Shown: piece by piece, positions 49,815 through 62,305 of the stretch
Position numbering within the stretch: position 1 is the stretch's first letter
Layout of the letters: the number at the start of each line of letters is the position of its first letter
Assembly: GCA_965285935.1 (NCBI GenBank)
Contig: CBDIWN010000008.1
Coordinates: 248,001 to 312,000 of the forward strand
Reading direction: 5' to 3'
DNA length: 64,000 bases
Source of the DNA: Ophelia neglecta
Lineage: Eukaryota
Notes under the pieces: generated by a model
What the model was told of the DNA's origin: nothing
Databases searched by the model: none
Seen by the model: only the letters and a program-made list of their open reading frames with translations
Position numbers and translations under genes: made by a program

Positions 49815-52160
49815 TGGAATGAGGGCAAAAAGCCACCCCCCCACCCCACCCCACCCCCCACCCCACCCTCAAACTTGTTCTGTTTAACATCCAGATGACA
49901 AACACCCAGTCCCTTAATGTATGTATGTCCGCAAACTTTAAAAAATCCTTAATTATGTTTTTTACTTAATTGTACATGGTCTTCGAGGGCTTAACTATAT
50001 TTTCTCCTGATCCCTTAAAATAAACAAACCAATATAAGCAGCACTCGATGTATCTGGACAGTGACTTTGAAATCACAATACAATTATGTGGTATTAAGAT
50101 CTAGCTGCACCCATTAGAACTGGCCATCTGATTAACTGGTGTATTGTACTATTAAATTCAGTGATTATGTTTAAGCTAGATCAAAAGCAACATCCATTGA
50201 TGTTGTACAAAATAATAATCACGAATTATGAAATTTGTTAAATTTGGTTTTAAAGTCTACATGGTGTATAATACATTATAACAGAATATAGGCATTGAGG
50301 CAGTATGTCGTTCCGCTGCAGGCTATGATCATTTGCGGCTATGTAGAGACTGCTACCAGTATTTTCAGACGCAATGTATGCATTCAGTAAATGTGTATAT
50401 TATGCAAACAATCAGGGACACACTCGGCTGATTCCAGTGCCGGATTTAGAAGTTGTGGGAGTCCCTTCTTTACTTTCCCTCCAATATGTACGAAATAACT
50501 AGTAAATGGTATTGAATATCGTCAATAACCGATCTGGTGTAGGTCCGGCAATGTTCCCCACGGCATTTTACATTTTCAATACAAACGTTTCGAAGACACC
50601 TCCCTTGTGAGAGATGACACGCAGGCCACGCCTTTAAATGTATAGCTCTCTCCGACCCTTAGCAGTTTTCTAGCAGTTGTAGCTATGGGCCCGAGATACC
50701 ACTGAGGTTCCTAACGTATATAACTTCAGCTATGTGTTCAAGTTTAATGGTTGTCTTTAAACTGGGCTTGTGGTGAACACTGGCAGAGGTAGTGTAGGTT
50801 GTGGCTAAGGATTAAACCCGGATAATTGTGAAGGGCAAGCAACGTTTAAAGGCATGCTGGAGTCAATGGTATTATCTTAGATTAGCTTCACGATTTTGAT
50901 TAATCTTTCAAGTTACAGCTCTGACTCGACCGCAGATTTCTGGTACCAATTTGGGAGCATGCAATACAAACAAATCAAACTGCTCCTGAAATATTGTAGG
51001 ACTCTATTCGGATTATTTATTACCGTTTCAGCCGCTTGGAACTAAATACTTTCGTCTGTATTCTGCTATAGAATTACTCATTTGCTGCGATGCAATACTT
51101 TATGCATACTCAAGAACATTTTAATGAACATTTATCTAAAGCTTTTTGGTACATTTATTGAATGGAACTCTATATACATGTTATATATAAAATATATCCA
51201 ATAACACATTTGCATAATTATATTACATGTATATAAGATCATATGCCCAATTTCATGTCCAAGGTTAACTCAGTTAACACCTTGTACGCAATGCAAAAAA
51301 GGTAGCACTATAATGAGCATAACATACTACTAAGGGGGAAATTGGCTGCTCAAACGTAGATAACATTATCGGGTTGCAATCAAATTAATATCACATGTGT
51401 AAGCGGAGTAGTTGTTTATTTCCTGTCGCACTCTTTCATGTCTATATCCTCATACCTTTATTTGTATTTAGTTGTTCGTACATTGGATTTCCCTCCTCAG
51501 TCAGATTAGCTGTAAAAAGTAAGAAAAAAAATCCTTAATCAACACTTCATACTTACATAAACAAGGACAATAACAAGGAACAAATCTCCAATTGAAAATC
51601 TAATGACAATGCCCACATGGCAATATTAAGGACCGCTTAAACATGTTCAGCCCACACAAATATACAAATCACGTATAAACCGTATAAAAAGTAGTTATAA
51701 AAAAACTTGTTTGCCGCTATAATGATGAATTACTTCTAAAGTGGTAACAGGCATTTCTCATACACATGTAATTCTCATGTTGTAGACACTCCTATATTAG
51801 GATATGGTATTTACGAAGTGCTTTATTGTCCCAATGTCACTTTCATTATGTGTTCACAGTGCGTCTAGAATATGTGCTTATTGGTCAAGCAACGATGCGC
51901 AGTAAAAGGAAAAAGATAAAAGACTATTATAAAATCAAAGTTTTTTTTCTCTCACCATAGAGGGAAGTTTCCGGGGATGGTTTCTCATATACGTTACAGA
52001 CGGATAATTCAACTTCCTGTGTGCTGTGAACCTGGTTGTCATTTTGTTGTGAAAATTCGTTTTTTAATTGGTTCACCTGTCGTACCCTGCATAAATGAAA
52101 ACAACATACTCCGATAATCATTAACATGTAATTGCAACCAACACTTCATTCAATACTACA
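49815..52160. repeat. Tandem duplicate of the 3' flank plus tail exons of the copy-2/3-type gene
   Basis: Colinear with ~52280-54780 and ~23095-25615. Confidence 0.85.
51416..52086 (-). pseudogene. Orphan duplicate of the two cytoplasmic-tail exons (9' and 10') downstream of copy 3
   Basis: Exon 52086-51956 (VRQVNQLKNEFSQQ...VYEKPSPETSLY) and exon 51509-51416 (ANLTEEGNPMYEQLNTNK, then a 1-bp deletion). Splice sites are intact. It is part of tandem unit ~49815-52160, which duplicates ~52280-54780. Confidence 0.78.
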
Positions 52161-54021
52161 TGCTTATGTCAGAAATAGGCAGGATGGTATATCTTGCATT
52201 TTGCATTCGTTGCAGGACAGTGGTTTTTGAAATGTCTTAACTTCGTAGGCTTAGGGATCGGTGACGTTCTTGTTGTTTGGAATGAGGGCTGAAAGCCACC
52301 CCCCCCCCACCCCCACCCCACCTTCAAACTTGTTCTGTTTAACATCCAAATGACAAACACCCAGTCCCTTAATGTATGTATGTCCGCAAACTTTAAAAAA
52401 TCCTGAATAATGTTTTTTACTTAATTGTACATGGTCTTCGAGGGCTTAACTATATTTTCTCCTGATCCCTTAAAATAAACAAAACAATATAAGCGGCACT
52501 CGATGTATCTGGACAGTGACTTTGAAATCACAATACAATTCTGTGGTATTAAGATCTAGCTGCACCCATTAGAACTGGCCATCTGATTAACTGGTGTATT
52601 GTACTATTAAATTCAGGTGATTATGTTTAAGCTAGATCTAAAGCAACATCCATTGATGTGGTACAAAATAATAATCACGAATTATGAACTTTGTTAAATT
52701 TGGTTTTAAAGTCAACATGGTGCATAATACATTATAACAGAATATAGGCATTGAGGCAGTATGTCGTTCCGTTGCAGGCTATGATCATTTGCGGCTATGT
52801 AGAGACTGCTAACAGTACTTTCAGACGCAATGTATGCATCCAGTAAATGTGTATTTTATGCAAACAATCAGGGACGCACTCGGCTGATTCCAGTGGCGGA
52901 TTTAGAAGTTGTAGGAGTCCCTTCTTTACTTTTCCTCCAATATGTGCCAAATAACTAGTAAAAGGTATTGAATATCGTCAATAACTTATCTGGTGGAAGT
53001 CCGGCAATGTTCCCCACGGCATTTTACATTTTCAATACAAACTTTTCGAAGACACCTCCCTTGTGAGAGATGACACGCAGGCCACGCCTTTAAATGTAGA
53101 GCTCTCTCCGGCCCTTAGCAGTTTTCTAGCAGTTGTAGCTACAGGCCCGAGATACCACTGAGGTTCCTAACGTATATAACTTCAGCTATGTGTTCAAGTT
53201 TAATGGTTGTCTTTAGGCTGGGCTTGTTGTGAACACTGGCAGAGGTAGTGTAGGTTGTGGCTAAGGATTAAACCCGGATAATTCAAGTTACAGCTTTGAC
53301 ACGATCGCCGATTTCTGGTACCAATTTTGGAGCATGCAATACAAACAATTCAAACTGCTCCTTGAATATTGTAAGACTCTATTCAGATTGTTTATTACCG
53401 TTTCAGCCGCTTGGAACTAAATAATTTCGTCTGTATTCTGCTTTAAAATTACTCATTTGCTGCGATGTAATACTTTATGCATACTCAAGAACATATTAAT
53501 GAACATTTATCTAAAGCTTTTTGGTACATTTATTGAATGGAGCTCTATATACATGTTATATATAAAATATATCCAATAACACATTTGCATAATTATAGGA
53601 TAAAAGATTATATCCCGTTTTTCGTGTCCAAGGTTAACTCACTTAACTTTATAAATGTACTATTTAGAATGCACATGTGGTATCCAACGAAAATAGTGAT
53701 TAATGAAATAATAATTTCCCACAATTATGTCAGCCCAATCCCCAATACAACATATATGGAAAGTACATTCAGCCTGGAATATGAAATTTGCAGTCTGGAT
53801 GGAGTTTATATCATTGGATTGAACTAATAAGTATATGATTACATGAGATATACTGTTATGCTAGTTCTGTTAGTTCAAGCTCACAACTTGTACATAATAC
53901 TATTAATGGTAGCATAAATAATTAGCAGTACATTGGTAAGGGTGAAATTGACTGCTCAAACTTAGATGACATTATCGGGTTACAATCAAAATAATATCAC
54001 ATGTGTAAGCGGAGTCGTTGT

Positions 54022-57000
54022 TTATCTCTTGGCGCTCTCTTGCTGATCTATATCCTCATAATCATTATTTGTATTTAGTTGTTCGTACATTGGATTTCCC
54101 TCCTCAGTCAGATTAGCTGTAAAACATAATAAAACATTACTAAATCCACACTTCATACTTACATAAACAAGGACAGTTAAAGGGAACAAATTTTCAACTG
54201 AATATCTAATAATAACGCCCATATTGCAATTTTAAGAACCGCCAAGGATATTTATACTTTTGGGAGAAGAAAGACACACGTTTAGCCCATATTTCAAATC
54301 ACCTATAAGACGATACGAAAGTGTTGTTTAATGTGATAACAGGACATTTGTCGTACACATGCAATTCACAGGTTGTCAACACAATTATATTATGGTATAA
54401 GGGTATTAACTAAGTCTTGTATTTCCTCAATATTTCACATGATAAGAACATCATGTGTGTTAAATATGTGCTTATTTGATTTAACAACGATTAGCAGTAG
54501 ATCGAAGGAGAAAACCAGATTATTAAACCAAAGCTAATATGTGTTTTTAGCTCTCACCATAGCCGACAGGTTCCGGGGACGGTTTCTCATATACGTTGCA
54601 GTCAGACAATTCAACTTCCGGTGTGGCAGGAACCTGGTTTGCATTTTGTTGCGATAATTCGTTCGTTAAAAGTTTCACCTGTCGTACCCTGTATATAAGA
54701 AAACACAAGATCTGAGAATGCATAAGGAGTATTAGAGCAAATATTTGCACCCAACACTACAGCCAATCACTACATACCTATCTATCATATCTAATATATC
54801 TACTAGTCTGGACGTAGAGACATTAGGACAAAGGTAAACAAATGTTCGAATATTGTTTTAAATAAGAAAGGAATTAGCCAAATTGCCTTAAGGAAAGTAA
54901 CAAGAAATCTTCCATTTTAGACGTCACTTACTTGACTATGAGACAACCAATGACGCTGGCTACAGTGACAATTATTGCAACAATTGCTAGAACGATTCCT
55001 GCCATGCGCCCGGTGACAGAGACGTAGTTTGCCTTGGTTTATGGAGATTAGCTATATTTGAAATTATATCACGTCAAATAATTATCCATTTACATTTCTT
55101 CAAATCTCCCCGGACATGTATTGACACATATATTCCTGCTTGTAATGTAATTTTCCTACCAAATACTTGCATACTGTATAAATACTAGCGTCAAATATGA
55201 ATGCCCTTAATATACCTGCTGGTAAGCTGATATCAAATACAAGCGCGGGGCTACTCTGCTCCAATATACCCTACATTGTAGGCTACAAAGGGACTTTTAC
55301 ATCATCAAAGATATTCTACTGTAGGCCCATTATTGCCCGATGACATATTTTCAAAGCATTGATTGAACTATATTCAAGATCAAAAGAAATAATTTGATTC
55401 ACATTAATGTCATAAATCAATACCTATATTTATAGGAAAGACAGTTGATTAAGTAACTATACTTCAGACACCCCTTCTTATAAAATCATTATCCAGAGAC
55501 AATGCAACGTATAGTATAGATTGGCAATAAGGGAAATGCTGTGCTTTTTTCGAGACTAGCAGCCAAGATAATTAGTTTAATAATTCCACCAAATTCTAAC
55601 CTTGATTTTGTTCAGCCAAAGTAGTGGCAAAGACTGTCGAGGATTTGCGGGAGTCTTCCCTTATTCCATTCAATTGTCGATAAATTTTTAATACAATCCG
55701 ATATGTGCAATTGGCGGATAGACCTGTTGAAGTTTGACTATATTTCATGGAAGTATTATCTTCTCTGATTGCCATTGTAAACGATTTATTATTTTTCCCA
55801 TTTCCGCCCGAAGTAGTGATTTTGTAGCCAAATACAGCTGCTGTATTTATTGGAATAGCCTTCACGTGTGGCCATTCAATGGTTATCCTGTCAGTTTGAA
55901 CATTGGTAATGCTGACGTTGTTTATGCTCGGATACTCAACATAGGCTGTCCAAAAAAATGCAATCAGATAATATATTTTTCATTTATATTTAAGCATTAT
56001 TGTGATTACTTTTATATGAAATGAAATATTGATCAAAATTATGTCTCAGTGCAATAAAACTGATTTGACTTACCTATAGAATGGTTACAATGGTCTCCAG
56101 CGTACCATGTATCGTACGGTGGTAATTGACAACCGTTACTACATGCTCCACTGTACTGATGACAAGTCGTTATGTTATCTACAACCTCACAGTTACTACT
56201 ACATGGTTGGTCACAGGTTTTGCCATAATAACCACTGTGACAGACGCACGCCCCGCTATATCTGTCACACCCGGGGTTACCTTGCTCACCAAGACACTGA
56301 TTATTACAGGTTTTATTGCAGTATTCGCCATAAGAACCGTCGTAACACCCATAATTACAAATTCCACTCCACTGGTTGCAAGATCCAGAGATTAATTGGT
56401 TGAGCGGCTTACAGCCCGAGCTGCACTCTGTTTCACAAAATGCTCCCCACCTGGCCCCCAGGAGCCCTTAGAGCATGTTCCGTTGTTCCTCGCACAAACC
56501 GATGTCCCATTAACACCATTACAGTGTGTACTGCAGGTTTTATCACATGTCTTTGAGTAGAAACCGTTACGACAACCATTATTACAATCTCCTGTTTCTC
56601 TGTGGCAAACGTTGGAACCAGTGACTACATGACAACCATTGCTACATGTGTTCTGACACTGGTCTCCAATGTAAGGGTCCTGACAGCCACTCGTGCAACG
56701 CCCATCATTGACAGAACATGACCGAGCATTAGACTCCTGATCAATAAGGCAATTCGCGCTACATCGCTCGTTACAATTGATACCGAAATGGTCTATATCA
56801 CATTCTGTAACGTAGATTATAGTCAGTAAGTGAAGGTTTGTTACGGCTTACCTTGAAACTGGATGTTACTGCTCAGACATTGTGTATCATGTTATCTTCG
56901 GTGAATAGTGGCATGATTTGTTAAAGGTTAAAACAGTAATGAGCCTACCTTGGCAGTCCGGGTACTTTGGGTAGTTCCAGGGGCATAAACCACAGCCAAT

Positions 57001-60000
57001 AATGGGATCGCATGACTGGCATCGAATTCTATCACACACTAGAATAACATGTGAATAGTTAACACAAATAAATAGTGATCTTTTGGGCCTTTTCTTTTAA
57101 CACAACTTTCCTAAATCCCGATTAATCGCTTGCACTCTTAATTGTGTTCCTGGGCAAGCCTTAGATCGAAGTAACTATAGTGGGTTGACGTCAAGTTCAG
57201 GAGTGATTTTGCATTTGTTTAGCACCATCTATTATCTGACTATTGATATATTAAGTTAGGGCATAACTTTCAATAGTGCCAACAAGGTGTGGATGCGTTT
57301 GTAAAAGTATGCTTTATGAAGCCACTATCTTTTTAAAATGGCCACAGTCCAATTCCGGGGTATGCGTTCAAAGATGGAAATGAGTGCGGGTTTTAACATA
57401 CCGATAGGTTTGTATCCGTGAACTATCACCTGACACAGAGCAAGGTACTGGACTTGATACCCGCCTGCATTTCTGATAATGGTGACGTATCTGCCACTGA
57501 GGGGTGAGTCACAATATATTATGTCGCTTCCTGCTTTAGGAACGGCATCTGTATAATTCTTACAGAGATTTGTTGAATCACCGTCTGTCCCGATACCAAC
57601 TCCAAGGCGAAAATTACCGGTACGCTCTGTAAAAAGGTATTCCTGAATACAAATACATTGTCTCCAATGACACATTGTCCTCAGAGCGACTTAGTTACGT
57701 CTATTATGTTTTGATCCTAAAATATATTAGATATCTAAGTAGCACTACTAGCACTGGAAGTCTATTGGTCAATAGTATACACATAAAATACAATCTGGAG
57801 TTTAATTTTTTCCCAAGTGAACAGCTGGCGAGAGAAGAAAACAATCGCGTATTAGTAATGATGTGATTAATGCTACCATCATGCGTAGATGTTTCAGGTA
57901 GATGTTTCATATTTGTCTCTAGATCTACCAGTAATTTTTCATTTTCTTACTGTAAGATGGATAATGCTGTCTGTTTAAGATGGTGACACTAACAACTGTG
58001 TAGATATCATCTAGATCGACGTACCACCAGGCTCTCTCCCCAGATCCAGCAGCAGGATGTGCACAATAAGCTATCCATGTAGACTTGTTACCATCGACGG
58101 CCAGGTCAGCGGCTTTCCTTTCGCTATATTACCTGTTTATACAAAATACTGATAAAACAGTCTGGTCTACTATGCTGTATTTAATCATAGAATGACCTAT
58201 TTAGTAAACCACAAGGGCGAACAGAAAATTTACGGGTAAATAAAAATACTTTACCGGCAAATGGATAAAACGATCCTCGTAATCATATGATAATGCAAAA
58301 CAAGAAGTTCGAAAGCATCATATTGAACCCGATGCATATTATACAAGCATTTCTCTGGTAGGGCATAAATATTTATTTACATTTCACGTCGCGTCTGACT
58401 CTTGATGAGAAGGGAAGAGGTTGAGGCGTTATTGGTTCGGCTAGGGATCGGAAAAAAGTGCACGATGCATGCAAACATTGTTTTACACATGTAGACCTGC
58501 CCCCTTCCTGCATTATAGATTTTTACAACTCTATATAACATACTATAGTAATATCACAGTCCTAGTCATAACAATCCTATTTCTCACGTAAACAGAGCCC
58601 TACACGGCCCGCTAAATTATAAGGCCAGCGCCATGATATATTATATCATGGCACCAACCCTACAATCCACGAGCCATGCATAAAACTTACTGACACATAA
58701 AACTAATGAAATACGACATTCTTTATTTTATAAGAACTTTCCACCGCGTAAATAGCTATCTTGTTTTAGGACTTTCCATGACCCGGTTATGATAATGTTT
58801 TACTTTTGCGTCATCTATCATGGATTGATTCTGATTTCTAGTCATAGCAAGATATACGGTAAGTTCCGAGTCAGGTCATAGACGTTCACACGTCCTATGG
58901 ACTCGTTTGGCAACACGTATACCCTCATGATACCAGCGGTTATAAGGACTCTCCTTTACATGTATGTGTAATGTTTTAAGTGGAGCATGGTGATCAAGTG
59001 TCGTTTCTAAAGTAATATCATAAGCCTTTCTTTATAATTTGCTTTCGGTTTTTCCATATCTATATTCATGTGCACAGAAAAGTGAGCAGACATTGGGCAA
59101 TACACCATTTAGTCCTGGACAAAGTCACCATTCGTTCTTGTTATGTATATCAGAATTGACGAGGAGCGGTAGATTCGTTAAGTCGAATCACCGGGGCGCG
59201 ACAGGTTATTCGATCTGCAAGAATCTATCGCTCCGAATCAATTGTCCGACTTAAAATATTGCATACCATGTCAAGGGTGACGGCCACGAATCCACATTGT
59301 GACCTGTATTTCCGAAAGGCAGCAAAACGGAAATCATCATGTAGTAGATTCGTGCATTGCAGTATGCACGAATCTACTGGTGATAGTGTACTGTGGATAG
59401 TAGAATCTTGCTTCCGAATCTACTGCATGAACAATGGTGTAACGTCACAACAACATTTTAATATAAGGTCTAATATCTGGAATTTGTCATGTTTTGGACT
59501 TGTAAGGGGTCGTTTACGGTCAAGTGTATTGAGCAAATGCGAGAACCTTGTAACATTGCTATTATCTAAGCTATTAAGGTGAATATTAATAGCTCCCATG
59601 AGCAGAGTATTTCATTTCCATAGGACCAAGATATCTATAAATGTTTTAAACTCGTCTAAAACAAGTGGAAAACTTGATACATTCTTTTCGGATGGAGGTG
59701 GTCAATAGACTATAATGATTCTAATCCTATATGAAATGTGCTTGATACTAAAATAAAGACATTCAAATGATACAAAAATAATGCTTCAACTTCTGAATAT
59801 AAAACTATGAATAACGTGAAAAAAAATTTCACAAACTGTAAACAACTCAAACATAAAAGATTATCATAATTAAAACATATTAAAAGGGAAATGTGATAAA
59901 TTATGCAATACAAGTTTGCCAGGCTTAGATTCAATAACCAAATAAATTTTATTTCACTCTTGATGTTATATGCCATACTGAAGGAAACAATCAAAGACAT

Positions 60001-62305
60001 GACTACCGAAGCCTACCGTCGATGATGCTAAATTATTCGGAGAATGGTTCCATACTTTGAGTAGTTGTAAGACAGGGAACAGTTCTGATATATTACTCTC
60101 AAATTATTTTGTGTGCTTAGAGTTAGACTCGCTTAGGTTATGATTGAATAAATAGGAGCCGTAATTGTATTCATAAATTCGCATATGCAATGGCAATATT
60201 ATTTATTCTTTTCAACATTGTCATAGGCGTTCTGATATTTCATACTATATTAATTAAATATTGCACAAAGAAATTGATTATATTTTGACTATTCATGATA
60301 AATGTACGTCATATTTTTCAAATGAGAATTATGGAGTGTTCATGCCTACACAAATAAGAACCTGAGAGGTTTGCTTGATCTAGCGATAGTGTGCCTCAGG
60401 TGTCTGTTTGTTAAAAGAATGCGGGAAATGACATGATGGTTAAATGAAAATTGTTAAGTACACAGTATAACATTTTTAAAGAAACTCTATGGTTGATATT
60501 TTTTAATGCTTCCAAATAAATACAAACAGAAAGTTTTACCGAGTTTACACCCAGGCCCTTCTCTCCGTATGATAGCAGGGTCATCCCATTTACATTCACC
60601 TCCATTGATACAATCTCCTGTCGTCTGATCACAGCCATTGGTACAGTGACAGGGAAATACACAGCCAGCAGCATTCCCAAACCTACACAGACCTGAGGGA
60701 AAAAATTCAAGGGGAACATTTGAATGTAGGACATGGTGTTAGACAAAACTATGAAGCAAATTGGTATCCCTGAACATTTTATTTGGGCAACACGGGTTTC
60801 TCTGACCAGCAAAAGTTTGCTCCCAAAAGTCGGGCCGAAAAAGCAAAACTTACATAAAACGAGGAGTGTGTGGGACAAAACACATTAAACGTAATCTGCG
60901 AAACATAAACCTTCTTGTGTAGAAGAATACATCGAATATTTATAATCATTCATATCGGTAATATATTTTGACGCGACAGCGTTGAAGTGCTACTAACGTT
61001 GTGTGCGTGTGACGAGCGTCCTTTTGTTAGCTGAAATATCCGAGAGCACCAACTTTCTTGTAATTCCGTGGAAAGTCAGGTATTTCAATTTTTATCGAAT
61101 AATTTTACCCTGAAACACGCTGTCAGCGAGATTTTCTTCGAAGGGCAACACAGAGCTATTTCCCCGCCCCAGGAATATTGTCCTTCCTCAGGCCTCCAAA
61201 CCTCATATCGGTGAATTTGATAATAGCGTTTAATCAGTAAAAACTATTTATCTTGTCTTATTTCATTTCCAAGCGTCACAAGCACCATACTAGCTTTAGT
61301 ACTTGTAACAGTATTTGTATTTTTATCCCTTTTGTGCCTCGGTCAATGCGGCAAACGCTATTATTTTGCGGCAAAAGCAATGTCAGTGATGCATTTGGTA
61401 CTATGGTGTAGTAAAATATACTACACCTGGCAAATATAAAGGTTGTGCGAGCCCCCTGGCGGGAGCCTAGGTCTTCCGACCCCCCCTTGTGGATCTAGAG
61501 GTTGTCAGAGCCACCACGACACATTTTGCACCAAAGTGGTCATACAACATGATGAATATCAAAAATTCTAACGGAGACATTCCATAGATCCCGATAGCGT
61601 TATCAGCTTTTGAAATACAAACGCTCCTTTTTAGGGCGTGACACTTATACCAGTCTTTCATGAGTTCTGGCCCCATCCCCCACAACCACCCCAAACCGCC
61701 GCGCCGTTTTCAATTAGTGGGAAGCATCCGCCCCTGGTTACGAATCAGTTCTACAACACACTGGTGTACATACGATATTAATATTAATGTATGACTTTAT
61801 GTTCCAAGGGTGGTGATAGGAAAATTGAATGTGTAATTCATTGAACGGGCACCTCAATATGTTATTAGTGGCATTGGCGGTGTTGCAAATTAATTAATGC
61901 CCTGATAATAATGTTTGGCTAGCAATATGTCAAGGTTTGTAAGTCTTTTTAGACGTGAACAGATAGTCCTTGTCTAGGGTCACGATTTTGGTTGTGACCT
62001 GTGGAAATGAAAAGTTGACACCACGTCCACGACTGATTTTAAAAGCATTCGTGATCAAAAAAGTCATAAGTGTGCTTCAGATGTTTTCTGACTCTATTTT
62101 CATAATAATCACTGTTTAACTTTACGGGTTAACAATAAGTAAAAACAACTATGAATACTTAATACTGCCGCGGCCAACAACCCGGCGATCGAGTCATACT
62201 AATAAGTTCATATAAAGAATATATCTACTAACCTGTCTGAGCGGTAACTCTTGTAAGAAAAACACTTGAACTGACCAGCAAACAAATGTAAATGGTAGAA
62301 GACAT
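54022..62305 (-). pseudogene. Copy 3 of the lectin/EGF/FN3 receptor with ITAM-type tail, disabled by three frameshifts
   Basis: Exons: 62305-62233, 60692-60540, 58132-57951 (182 nt vs 216, a 34-bp deletion, stop at 58071-58073), 57626-57402, 57038-56949, 56804-56074 (731 nt, 1-bp deletion at ~56462, two extra EGF repeats), 55945-55601, 55051-54932 (120 nt vs 121, 1-bp deletion in TM exon), 54688-54558, 54116-54022. Confidence 0.85.

Noticed and set aside
58500-59700. Copy-3-specific intronic insertion containing the palindrome GCCATGATATATTATATCATGGC
   Set aside because: Probably a mobile-element remnant, but I could not define termini, a TSD or coding motifs.
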